From Bryobacterales bacterium (lineage in GTDB: Bacteria > Acidobacteriota > Terriglobia > Bryobacterales > UBA6623): a stretch of 64,000 bases of DNA. The translations under genes and the position numbers were made by a program. The DNA is taken from the NCBI GenBank assembly GCA_963422375.2, contig OY729427.2, forward strand, positions 672,001 through 736,000, given 5' to 3'. This document shows, piece after piece, positions 41,877 through 51,161 of this stretch. How positions within the stretch are numbered: the stretch's first letter is position 1; every line of letters begins with the position of its first letter. The notes under the pieces were generated by a model. That model had not been told where the DNA came from. It worked only from the letters and a program-made list of their open reading frames with translations, and did not search any database.

Positions 41877-42900
41877 TCACGAACTCCGCTCGCGGTTGAG
41901 TTCCAGAAGCGCCGCTAGCGTATCCTCCGCCGAAATGCCCGGCCTCCAGCCGTACGCCGCCGCGACTGCCTCGTCCACTTGGGGGGTGCAAGCTGTCAAG
42001 CCACCGTGGTCGGCGTGTAACGCCGGTCGTTGCCCTGGCCTAGCCACGACCCGAGCCGGAGCGACCAAAGCTCGTGATAGCGGCTGTGCGGGATCCCGGA
42101 CGTCGTGTCATCGTCACCCGCGAAGGCGATCAATTGGCAATCCGGGTATGCCCGTGCGTCGAGCCCCGCGAACAGCCGATGCCTTGCCACCCGCGGTGTC
42201 GCGATGTACCGTTCCAGCGTTTCCAGGCTCTCGAACATCGCCTGTCCGGACCGGTCATTTCGAGATGTGCCGTCTCGGAGAGGATTCCCAGTTGCTCTCC
42301 GTCCATTGCGAGCGCCTCGCCGTCCGAGAACAGACCGCCGGTGAACCATGCCACCCCTTCGAAGTCGACGCAGCCGCCGTGGGCCATCGCCCCGAACCGC
42401 TCGCAGGCGAAATCGCGGAACTGCGCCGGGTGCTTCCGAAGTCTATGGACCATTCGGCTGAATGGCTTGTCGGGAAGCATGCCGATGGCCTCGGCAAGCA
42501 CGCAGAAGAGAATGCGACTCAGGAACTGCGGCTCGTGGCCCGCCACGCGCAACTGGTGCGCGGGCGTCGCGAAGCGAGCCGCCGCCTGCTCGGTGAGCGC
42601 CTTTCGTGTTCGGTCCGGTCGAAGACGCCCGGGCTCCGAGAATGCCCGTTTCGGCTCGGCTCGGGCCCCTTCGGATGTCAGGGCGTTCATTTCGACCTCG
42701 TCGCCGGACAAGCAGGACATGGGGGAACTTCAGTCCGCTTCGGTCGTAGCCGCGAGGATCGGGCGGGCGCGGCTATCTACTCGGCTGGCGATCACCCACG
42801 TGATCCCTGCCAAGTTCCGGTGAAGGCCTGCTCCTCGGCCTGGTTCGACTGCGGCGACCTCCCGGGACCGCGAGGGTCGAGCGAATCCGGCCCGCCCGAA
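41877..42900 (-). pseudogene. MmeI-like (type IIL/IIG) restriction-modification enzyme remnant with large internal deletions
   Basis: FLSRILFCVLAEAIGML..WFTGGLF, then RYIATPRVARHRLF..HELWSL..NDRRYTPTT, then VDEAVAAAYGW..LLELNRER, in different frames. The 5' boundary is uncertain. Confidence 0.8.
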
Positions 42901-43157
42901 GGGCCGCCGCGTATCACGATGGTAGTGCCACCATGCCCACGGCGAACTCTCGCAAGTACTCGATCCTTCACCCCGCAACGCGGGGGCTCGGGACGGTCAG
43001 GACGAGGCTGCCGAACGGGACGGACCTAAGCTCATACCTGCGGAAGGCAATCAAGCGCTTCGACGGGAGGTTTCGTCGAATGAGAAGACGTCCCCAACAA
43101 GGTGTTCGCGTAAACCAGCAGGAGCGGCGAAAGCGCTAGCCTGCCATCGCACTCGGC
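42756..43157 (+). repeat. Diverged direct repeat copy A (partner 44410-44886)
   Basis: Shared blocks include GGTTCGACTGCGGCGAC, CGAATCCGGCC, AAGTACTCGATC and GCGAAAGCGCTAGCC. Confidence 0.9.
42933..43139 (+). CDS. 68-aa basic hypothetical protein, probably degenerating copy
   Basis: 32/68 residues identical to 44660-44866, with lower GC3 and an apparent local compensated frameshift. Confidence 0.4.
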   Translation: MPTANSRKYSILHPATRGLGTVRTRLPNGTDLSSYLRKAIKRFDGRFRRMRRRPQQGVRVNQQERRKR

Positions 43158-44169
43158 AATCGGCCGGGACCTCGCGAAACGAGGCTTGCGGCAGGTCCGG
43201 GAGTCGCATCGCCCCTTCGACACTTGGAAGTTTGAGTAGGGCACATCACCCGCGAGCGCCGGGCTGTCCGGCGCTCCCGCCGTCGGCCCGTCGTTCGTCG
43301 CTTCGACTTTGACCTCGGACTCGCCGGCTTCGCTCGGCGGGAGAGGCGACTCGCGGTGGAGCTCCAGCGGCTGCAATAGGGGCATGCCCAGCTGGAGCAC
43401 CTGCTGTAGTCTCTCGCCCTGAGGCGGCAGCGCTTGGATGAGGCGTTGCGCGACCAAAGCCTCAGCAGTGGCAAACAAGCGAGCCGCCGTCGTTGGACGG
43501 TCTGGAGAATCCGCTCGTCCCGCCTTCCGCCGTGCTCTCGGATGATATGATAACTGGTAGTCGTCATACCTTGGCAGCTGGCACGCCTGATCCTCGCTGC
43601 TGGTAGTCGCCCCAGAACACCCAAAATGGCATTTGCGCCAGCCATCATTCCGCCAAGACGCTACATCCCTCGAGGCTTGCGGAGCTCCCATGAGTTCCTA
43701 CGCTGCTCGCACCTCGGACCAAGAGGATTCGGCGGATTTTGGCTGGCAGAAGATATCAAGAAGATTTCTTCGAGTTAACGCAGATATTGATCACGCGTAG
43801 ACAGGTATCTCATAATGTCTAAATCTAACGAATATGAGATGTTTGTGTTCAATATTGTACATCGAAGAGAACCATATCGACAGTCGATATAATGACGAGG
43901 GCCAATTAAATGAACTAGATTCGGTCACAGAAAATCTGGCCGGATGGACCGAGATGAGGGCAACTTCCAAGCGCCTGACGGGCCGAAGCAGGCCGTCAGG
44001 ATGCCTCCTAGCCCGCCGGTTCCAGTTGAAGTCGAGCCGTCTTCCTAAACCGTGTCACCACACCTACGCAGGCCGCAGCCACACCGCCATTGGACCGGTC
44101 CGTCCGTGGATCCCGAGGTGCCCTCCGGGATCGGGTACCGGGCCAAGGGAAATGCCCCGGCGACTTACC

Positions 44170-44330
44170 GCACGCAGAGCGGCGCGGCGGTCGGGGCACG
44201 GCTCCGGCAGCGTCGACGCAGCCGCACATGGCAGCCGGCAGGTGATCGCATTCAGGTCGTAGCGCCGGTTGAAGGGGTTCAGGAACTCCGCAAGACAGAG
44301 CGCTAGATCACGCCGTCAACCGCGCCCCGG
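44170..44330 (-). mobile_element. IS1595-family transposase C-terminal fragment (different element)
   Basis: Minus strand reads CLAEF..FNRRYDLNAITCRLPCAAASTLP, resembling the YLAEF.YRFNRRYDL motif. Confidence 0.5.
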
Positions 44331-44409
44331 CGACAGCGGGCCCAAGGCCATTCGAAGCCGGAATCAAGCAAGACGTGGGGCGCTTCGGTTCGCTTTCATC
44401 ACAGGCGGG

Positions 44410-44886
44410 AGGATCAAGCGGGCGAGGCTGTCCACCCGGCCGGAGATCCCGTCCGTGATCCCCGCTAGTTTCCGCTGAAGGCCCCCTCTGCGGCCCGCCC
44501 CGGGGCGGCCGGCTGTCTCCGCTCCCACCCATAGCCGCCGGCCTCCCAACCAAGCCCGCGCTCGGCCGGGTTCGACTGCGGCGACATCTGGGGACCGCGA
44601 ACTGCGATCGAATCCGGCCTGCCCGGAGGCCCGCCGCGTGTTATGATGGCAATGTTGCCATGGCCATCCCCAACACGCGGAAGTACTCGATCTACCACCC
44701 GGAAACGCGGGAGCGCGCGACGATCATGGCGGTGCTGCCGAAGGGCACGGACGTTGGCGCGTACCTGCAGGACGCAACCAAGCGATTCGACTGGAAGGCT
44801 TGGACGGACCAGAAGGCGTCCCTGAAGAAGGTTCGCGTAGGCCAGCAGAAGCAGCGAAAGCGCTAGCCCGCCATCGCGTTGGGCAC
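44410..44886 (+). repeat. Diverged direct repeat copy B
   Basis: Colinear with 42756-43157, apart from about 70 extra bp near 44485-44555. Confidence 0.9.
44660..44866 (+). CDS. 68-aa basic hypothetical protein
   Basis: Most codons end in G/C. Start and stop are conserved in the paralog. TATGAT lies 13 nt upstream of the ATG. Confidence 0.65.
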   Translation: MAIPNTRKYSIYHPETRERATIMAVLPKGTDVGAYLQDATKRFDWKAWTDQKASLKKVRVGQQKQRKR

Positions 44887-44951
44887 TGTGCCGGGCCGCC
44901 TGCAACCTTCGGCCGCCGCCACGCGCCAGTTGATCTAGGGGATTCCCTTAC

Positions 44952-46364
44952 ATGTGCCGCTTGAGTGCGCTCGCAGCGCTTTTTTCACTCCTGTCCGGTG
45001 CCGCCCCGCTCGCGGCCCAGCCGAGCGAGGCCACGAAGCGCCTGCTCGAACGCAACAAGATGTTCGTCCCGACCGTGACGAAGGTCGCGGATAACGTCTA
45101 CACGGCAATCGGCTACCAAGTCTCGGCGAACTCGATGATCGTCGGCGACGACGGCGTAGTCATCGTCGACCCCGGCCAGATGCCGGCGGCGGCCCGGAAG
45201 GTGAGCGCCGCGTTCGAAGAAATCAGCGCGCTGCCCGTCAAGGCGATAATCTACACGCACGGCCACGGAGATCACACCAACGGCGGTCCGGCATTCTACG
45301 AGGAAGGCAAGGACATCCAGGTCTGGGCGCGGCAGAACTTCGGCTCCGAAACCGCACTCGCTCGACGCAAGGGTCTCCAGCGACCGGGCGGGCTCCGCCC
45401 GTCCAACACGCAGGGGTTCGACCTGCTCCCGGAACAAAAGATAGGCATCGGCATCGCGATACCGCCCGCCACGCGGCCGGCAGGCAACATGATGCGCGAC
45501 GGCTCGGCCCGAGGGCAGGGGCAGCAACGGGGAGGCCCGCCCGGTCCGGCGCGCGTCGATCCCACGCACAGGTTCTCCGAGGCGCGCCGGACTCTCGAGA
45601 TCGCCGGACTCCGCCTCGAACTAGTCGCGGCTCCCGGCGAGACCGCCGACCAGCTGTATGTCTGGCTGCCCGAGCAGCGGGTGGTGTTCGCCGGGGACAA
45701 CTTCTACCAGTCATGGCCGAACGTCTATCCGCTCCGAGGCACGGCCAGGCGCTCGCTGCGCGACTGGATCGCCAGCATAGGCAAGATGGTCGACCAAGAT
45801 CCACTGCACGTGGTCGGTGGGCACACCGCACCGATCATCGGAAGCGCCAAGGAGGTCCTGACGAACTACCGCAACGCGATGCAGTGGGTGCTCGACCGCA
45901 CGCTCGAAGGACTGGGGCAGTTCATGACGCCCGACGAGCTAGTCGAGCACGCGCGGCTGCCCGAGCGCTTCGCCGGTCTCGACTACCTCGCCGACTACTA
46001 CGGCACCGTGGAGGGCACCGTACGCGACCTTTACGCCCAGGACCTAGGCTGGTTCGACGGAGATCCGCTGAGCCTGCACCGCGAGAGCCCGCGCAAGCAG
46101 TCCGAACGCATGGCGGATCTCGCCGGCGGCACGGACGTGCTGATTGCGAAGGCGAAGTCGGCGATGCAGCAGGACGACCCACTCGGGGCGGCGCAGCTGC
46201 TCGGCCACGTGCTCCGGCTCCGGCCGCAGGACCGCGAGGCCAAACTCCTGATGGCGGACGCGCTGGCAGTCGTCGGCGAGCGAACCTTCAACGGCCCCGT
46301 GCGGAACTACACCATCTCTTCCTCGAACCGCTACCGTCGCGAGGCCGAGGGGAGCCGCCAGTAG
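44952..46364 (+). CDS. Alkyl/aryl-sulfatase (SdsA-like MBL-fold)
   Basis: YTHGHGDH, APGETADQ, GDNFYQSWPNVYPLRG and GWFDGDP dimerisation domain. Confidence 0.92.
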   Translation: MCRLSALAALFSLLSGAAPLAAQPSEATKRLLERNKMFVPTVTKVADNVYTAIGYQVSANSMIVGDDGVVIVDPGQMPAAARKVSAAFEEISALPVKAIIYTHGHGDHTNGGPAFYEEGKDIQVWARQNFGSETALARRKGLQRPGGLRPSNTQGFDLLPEQKIGIGIAIPPATRPAGNMMRDGSARGQGQQRGGPPGPARVDPTHRFSEARRTLEIAGLRLELVAAPGETADQLYVWLPEQRVVFAGDNFYQSWPNVYPLRGTARRSLRDWIASIGKMVDQDPLHVVGGHTAPIIGSAKEVLTNYRNAMQWVLDRTLEGLGQFMTPDELVEHARLPERFAGLDYLADYYGTVEGTVRDLYAQDLGWFDGDPLSLHRESPRKQSERMADLAGGTDVLIAKAKSAMQQDDPLGAAQLLGHVLRLRPQDREAKLLMADALAVVGERTFNGPVRNYTISSSNRYRREAEGSRQ

Positions 46365-46371
46365 CGCGACG

Positions 46372-47670
46372 CTACAGGCTCGCACGCAGGACGCGCAGGG
46401 CTTCGACAGCGGCGGTCGCAACATCCTTGTTGTCGTCGTCGCAGAGCTCTTCCAGGTACGGGAGGCTCTCCTCGGTGCCGCTCTGCGAAACTACGAAGGC
46501 AAGGTGTCGCCGCTGCGGCGCGCTGCCGGTCGACATCGGCACGTACAGCTGCTGCAGCACCTCGGGATTGCGAGCCGCCTCGACAATCAGCGGCCTCGCC
46601 TCGAGGCGATGTACCCTCGATCCGAGGCCGTCGACAAGGACCGCCAGCTTCACGTGATCGCCGAGCATGACCGCAGCGAAAGCGATGGACAGCCGCGCCC
46701 TTAGCGCCTTCTCCGACGCCAGCAGCTGCGCTAGGACTTCCAAGTCGTCCGAAGTGCCGATGCGCCCGAGCCCCTCGGCCGCGGCAGCCCGCAGTGCGCC
46801 GTCCTTGTGCCGGAAAAAGCTGATGAACAGTTCGCGCTGACCGTTGTCGGGAATCTTCGCCAAGGCGATAAGAGCCGCCTCCCGAATACGGTCCCTGTTG
46901 GTTTCATGGATGATCCGCACCAACTCGTCCACGGCCTCGGACGTACGCAACTGCCCGACCGTCTGGATGACCGCTTGCTGCAGCACCGGATCCAAGTCAC
47001 GCAGCAGGAAGACCAAGTGCCGACCGACCGACGGGTCCTCGATCTTCTTGAGTGCGACCACGCTCTCGAAGATGACCGACGGGCTGCGCGACCGCACTCC
47101 GACGAGCAGCGCCTCCACGGCCTCGTGACCCTTGACGATACCGATGGCCCTCGCGGCGTTGGCCCGGGCCTGCTCGCTACGACCATGCACGAGGACCTCC
47201 GCGAACGCGTTGATCACCTCGGAGCGGACCCTCACGTACGCCGGGACCGTCAGCGGCGTGGGCTTCGAGAAGCGCCCCTTGAGGGCCGACGCGAAGGACT
47301 GCACCGAATCCATTCGACCGAGGTTCGCGTATTCCGGGACGTAGAAGTCCACCAGCCCGTCGACCGCCAGCGCCTGCACGCGCGGCGAGAGGTCCGCGGT
47401 CGCTTCAATTAGGTATGGCTGCGCCTCGATCAAGCGCATCTTGATAAGCGCCACCACGACCGCCCCTCGCACCTCCTCGATCTCGTCCTGCACGAGCGGC
47501 GCGAGCAGCGCGACCTCAGACGGCCCGCCCGGCATCTCGCCGAGCTTCCGAACGGCCTGCACGCGCTTGTTCAGGTCAGGGTCGGACAGGGCCGCGTTCG
47601 AGCTCTCCTGAGCGAATGCCGCCGCGACAGCGGCCAAAGCGCTCGCCAGGATTCCTAGCCAACAGCGCAT
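46372..47670 (-). CDS. HEAT-repeat protein, exported
   Basis: GAGGAG RBS, signal peptide, repeated LxDxxxxVRxAAxxAL motifs. Confidence 0.85.
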   Translation of the reverse strand: MRCWLGILASALAAVAAAFAQESSNAALSDPDLNKRVQAVRKLGEMPGGPSEVALLAPLVQDEIEEVRGAVVVALIKMRLIEAQPYLIEATADLSPRVQALAVDGLVDFYVPEYANLGRMDSVQSFASALKGRFSKPTPLTVPAYVRVRSEVINAFAEVLVHGRSEQARANAARAIGIVKGHEAVEALLVGVRSRSPSVIFESVVALKKIEDPSVGRHLVFLLRDLDPVLQQAVIQTVGQLRTSEAVDELVRIIHETNRDRIREAALIALAKIPDNGQRELFISFFRHKDGALRAAAAEGLGRIGTSDDLEVLAQLLASEKALRARLSIAFAAVMLGDHVKLAVLVDGLGSRVHRLEARPLIVEAARNPEVLQQLYVPMSTGSAPQRRHLAFVVSQSGTEESLPYLEELCDDDNKDVATAAVEALRVLRASL

Positions 47671-47714
47671 CGTTCTCCTCGTGCTCATCACGCCGAGCGG
47701 CAACGGACAACGCT

Positions 47715-48551
47715 CTAGACGCATTCCAGCCGGACTCTCAGCGGGACCACGCCGGCACGGTGCCCTAGGTCAAGCAGCCGCTGCCCCGCTTCCAGCACTT
47801 TCGGCGACATTTCCGTCGTATGGCCGTTCACGTACATGCCGACAAATCGGTCCGCGAGCCCGGCCTGCAGTCCGCGCGAGAACTGCAGGGCGTACTCAAG
47901 CGCCTCCGCCCGGTGATCCAGCGAGTACCGGATCGTCTCGGACAGCTTGCGCCGGGCCTCTTCCTGGACATTTCCCGGCAAGCCGCGCCGGATGCAGTTG
48001 CAGCCGAGCGGCAGCGGGAGGCCCTGGGTGCGCTGCCACCACTCGCCGAGATCCACTACGCTGCGCAAGCCCGCATCAGCATACGTGAGCTGCCCCTCGT
48101 GGATTACCACGCCCGCGTCGGCCTCGCCGTTCCCCACGGCATCCAGGATCCTGTCGAAATCGCGGACGACTGGATCGATGCGAGGCTCGTAGAGCTTGAG
48201 CGCCAAGTACGCCGTCGTGAGCAGCCCGGGAACGGCCACGCGCTTGCCGGCCAGATCGCCCGGACCCAAGTCGCGCGAGGCGACCACGATCGGGCCGTAG
48301 CCGTCACCCACGCTCGAGCCCGCCGCCGTCAGCACGTACTTGTCTGCAACGTAGGGATAGGCGTGATAGGAGATCGCCGTCATGTCGTACCGGCCCGCGC
48401 GCGCGTCTTGGTTGAGGGACTGGATGTCCTTCAAGACATGCTTGAACGCGAGCAGGTCCGACTCGATCCTCCCAGTCGCCAGCGCGTAGAACATGAACGC
48501 GTCGTCCGCGTCCGGGCTGTGGGCGATCGTGAATTCGCGCCTGTCCGCCAT
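47715..48551 (-). CDS. mqnD: MqnA/MqnD family menaquinone (futalosine pathway) protein, MqnD-like
   Basis: HSPDADDAFMFYAL, GDGYGP, IHEGQLTY and PLPLG. Confidence 0.85.
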   Translation of the reverse strand: MADRREFTIAHSPDADDAFMFYALATGRIESDLLAFKHVLKDIQSLNQDARAGRYDMTAISYHAYPYVADKYVLTAAGSSVGDGYGPIVVASRDLGPGDLAGKRVAVPGLLTTAYLALKLYEPRIDPVVRDFDRILDAVGNGEADAGVVIHEGQLTYADAGLRSVVDLGEWWQRTQGLPLPLGCNCIRRGLPGNVQEEARRKLSETIRYSLDHRAEALEYALQFSRGLQAGLADRFVGMYVNGHTTEMSPKVLEAGQRLLDLGHRAGVVPLRVRLECV

Positions 48552-48599
48552 AGTGACTGCTAGACTCAGGTTACCAGACGCCCGGCCGTCTGGAGCTTC

Positions 48600-48959
48600 G
48601 TGGATCCGAAGGCGAGCAAGCGCGTGCTGGCCGCTATTCCGGACTTGTTTTTCGGGTCGAAGGTGGCCGCGGCCGCCGGGCGACTGGGGATCCGGGTGGA
48701 ATTCGCGACTTCCCGGCAGGCGTTGGCCGAGGGCATCCGGTCGCGCCCCGACCTCGTCGTCATCGACTTGGACGCCCCGACCACCGAACGCATCGAAGCC
48801 ATCAGGGCGGCCTGCTCTCGCGGGAACGTGCGATTGGTGGCCTTCGCCAGCCACGTGCATGGCGCACGGCTGGACGAGGCTCGGGATTCGGGCTGCGAAG
48901 AAGTCCTCACGAGGGCGAAGCTCGCGTCGACCCTTCCCGCGCTGCTTGCATCGCTCTAG
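48600..48959 (+). CDS. Stand-alone atypical receiver (CheY-like) domain
   Basis: 119 aa with DLFF and PDLVVIDLD. Lacks the canonical KP. Confidence 0.7.
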   Translation: MDPKASKRVLAAIPDLFFGSKVAAAAGRLGIRVEFATSRQALAEGIRSRPDLVVIDLDAPTTERIEAIRAACSRGNVRLVAFASHVHGARLDEARDSGCEEVLTRAKLASTLPALLASL

Positions 48960-48996
48960 CCCGCAGGGCCGAGCGGATCTCCCCAAGGGTCCGGCC

Positions 48997-50250
48997 TCAG
49001 GTCGGGACCGGGGTGATCGGAATCGCCGTCCGCGAGCCCTCCACGGCAACGATGCCCGTGGGCGAGACGTGGTGCCGCTTCCGGTCGGCCTCCTCGTCGT
49101 ACCCGATCCGGGCTCCGGCCGGGATGCGGGAGTTCTTGTCGACGATAGCCCTGCGGATTCGCGCGCCGGCACCGATATGGCAGCGCGCCATCACTATCGA
49201 GTCCTCGACCACCGCCCCCGATTCGGTGAAGACGCCGCGGCCCAGCACGGAGCGGGTCACTTGCGAACCGTGCAGCACGCAGCCTTCCGAGACGACGGAG
49301 TCGATCGCCTCGCCGTGGCGGCCATCCGGGTCGGTGCAGTAGCGCGAGGGCGCGGAGGGGTATTCCGCCGTGCGCAGCGGCCAGTCCGGGTTGTGCAGGT
49401 TGAGGGCGGGCCGGATGGACCGCAAGTCCATGTTGGCGTCGTAGTACGCCTCGATCGTGCCGACGTCCCGCCAGTAGCCGTGGTTCTCGGGCCGCTCGCC
49501 CGGCACCTTGTTGGTCAGGTAATCGTAGGCGTAAATCGGCATTTCGTCGATCATCTCGGGCAGCATGTTCCGCCCGAAGTCGTGCTGGCTGTCGAGCCGC
49601 GCCGCGTCGCGCCTGAGCTCGCTCACCAGCATCACGGGATCGAAGATGTAGTTCCCCATCGACGCGAAGCACCACCCGGGCCGGCCGGGAATCTCGGGAG
49701 GGTCGGGCACTTTCTCGCAGAATTGCACGATGCGCCAGTCGCGATCGACTTCAATCGTGCCGAACCGGCCAGCCTGGCTGACCGGAATCGGCAGCGCCGC
49801 GACGGTCCCCTTGGCGCCCTTGTCGCGGTGGTAGGCGATCATCTGCCGCACATCCATGTAATAGATGTGATCCGCTCCGAAGACCGCGACCATCTCGGGC
49901 TGCGACAGCTCGACCAGGTGGATGTTCTGGTGGATCGCGTCCGACGTGCCTTGATACCACCTCTCGCCCTTGCGCATCTGCGCCGGCACCGGGATGATGA
50001 ATTGGCTCGTGAGCAGCTCCGAGAATTGCCACGCGTTGCGCAGGTGCTGCAGGAGGGACTGGCTCTTGAACTGGGTGAGAACGTAGACCGAGTAGATGCC
50101 GGAATTGACGAAGTTGCTCAGGACGAAGTCGACGATGCGGTATTTCCCGCCGAAGGGCACCGCCGGCTTGCTGCGCTCCTTGGTCAGCGGATACAGGCGC
50201 GTGCCCTTGCCGCCAGCCAGGATGAGACCGAGGATCCTCGCGTTCTGCAT
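48997..50250 (-). CDS. glgC: Glucose-1-phosphate adenylyltransferase
   Basis: LAGGKGTRLYPLT..KPAVPFGGKYR, ASMGNYIF and YWRDVGT. Confidence 0.97.
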   Translation of the reverse strand: MQNARILGLILAGGKGTRLYPLTKERSKPAVPFGGKYRIVDFVLSNFVNSGIYSVYVLTQFKSQSLLQHLRNAWQFSELLTSQFIIPVPAQMRKGERWYQGTSDAIHQNIHLVELSQPEMVAVFGADHIYYMDVRQMIAYHRDKGAKGTVAALPIPVSQAGRFGTIEVDRDWRIVQFCEKVPDPPEIPGRPGWCFASMGNYIFDPVMLVSELRRDAARLDSQHDFGRNMLPEMIDEMPIYAYDYLTNKVPGERPENHGYWRDVGTIEAYYDANMDLRSIRPALNLHNPDWPLRTAEYPSAPSRYCTDPDGRHGEAIDSVVSEGCVLHGSQVTRSVLGRGVFTESGAVVEDSIVMARCHIGAGARIRRAIVDKNSRIPAGARIGYDEEADRKRHHVSPTGIVAVEGSRTAIPITPVPT

Positions 50251-50292
50251 GAGACTATTTCTCAGTCGCGCCGGACCCGCGTCTTGGCGCGC

Positions 50293-51006
50293 CTACGCTG
50301 CGCGCTCCAAGCGGCCGTCCACGAGCTCCGCTCGCTGCGGAAAGCGCGCCGCCAGTTCCGCGCTGTGCGTCACCGCAACCAGCGCGACCTCCCGCTCGCA
50401 CTGCAGTTCTAGCAGCAGGCTCCCGACCATCGCCGCGCTGCGACGGTCCAAGTTCCCGGTGGGCTCGTCGGCCAGCACGACCGGCGGGCCGTTGATCAGG
50501 GCGCGGGCGATCGCCACCCTCTGCCGCTCGCCGCCCGAGAGCTCGGAGGGCCGTTGGTCCATGCGATCAGACAGCCCCACGCGGTCCAAGAGTTCCTTTG
50601 CGCGCAGCGCGTCGCCCTCGGTCGACCCGCCGGACGCCAGCGTCGGTACGAGCACGTTCTCCAAGCTCGTGCATTGCGGGAGCAAGTGATGGTCCTGGAA
50701 CACGAAGCCGACGCTAAGGTTGCGAAACCGGGCCAGCGCGGCGCTACCGAGGGAGAAGGGATCCTGCCCGCAGACCTCGACGCTGCCAGAGGTTGGCCGC
50801 TCGAGGGATCCGAGGATGTACAGCAGCGTGCTCTTGCCGGAACCCGACGGGCCCATCACTGCCAGCGCCTCCCCGCGGGACAGGAAGAGAGAAAGGCCGT
50901 CCAGCACCACCAACTCGCCCGCCGGGTGCGGGTAGGTCTTGCGCAGTGCGCGGGCAGCCAAGTCGGCAGGCATCTCGGCGGGGACGGCGTCGCGCCTCCG
51001 CTCCAT
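50293..51006 (-). CDS. ABC transporter ATP-binding protein (LolD/MacB-like)
   Basis: [22 protein letters not shown] and ADEPTGNLD. Confidence 0.93.
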   Translation of the reverse strand: MERRRDAVPAEMPADLAARALRKTYPHPAGELVVLDGLSLFLSRGEALAVMGPSGSGKSTLLYILGSLERPTSGSVEVCGQDPFSLGSAALARFRNLSVGFVFQDHHLLPQCTSLENVLVPTLASGGSTEGDALRAKELLDRVGLSDRMDQRPSELSGGERQRVAIARALINGPPVVLADEPTGNLDRRSAAMVGSLLLELQCEREVALVAVTHSAELAARFPQRAELVDGRLERAA

Positions 51007-51161
51007 TGTTTCACAGGCGCCCGGCCTTGCTAGAATCGCGCCATTGGCGTGCCCGCGAGCATCCCGGCGCCGCGGTCGCCTGCACAGGTCTGCGCCAACA
51101 CGGGCCCTCGCGCCCTGCTTCTGACCCGCGCGGCACCCTGCGGCCGCGCTAGGAATCCACC

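Noticed and set aside
43032..43691. Minus-strand 170-219 aa ORFs between the repeats
   Set aside because: There are no recognisable motifs or codon bias. It may be a decayed gene but this is unsupported.
42756..44886. Repeat pair as DGR template/variable repeat or CRISPR
   Set aside because: Differences are not adenine-specific, there is no reverse transcriptase, and there is no repeat-spacer periodicity.
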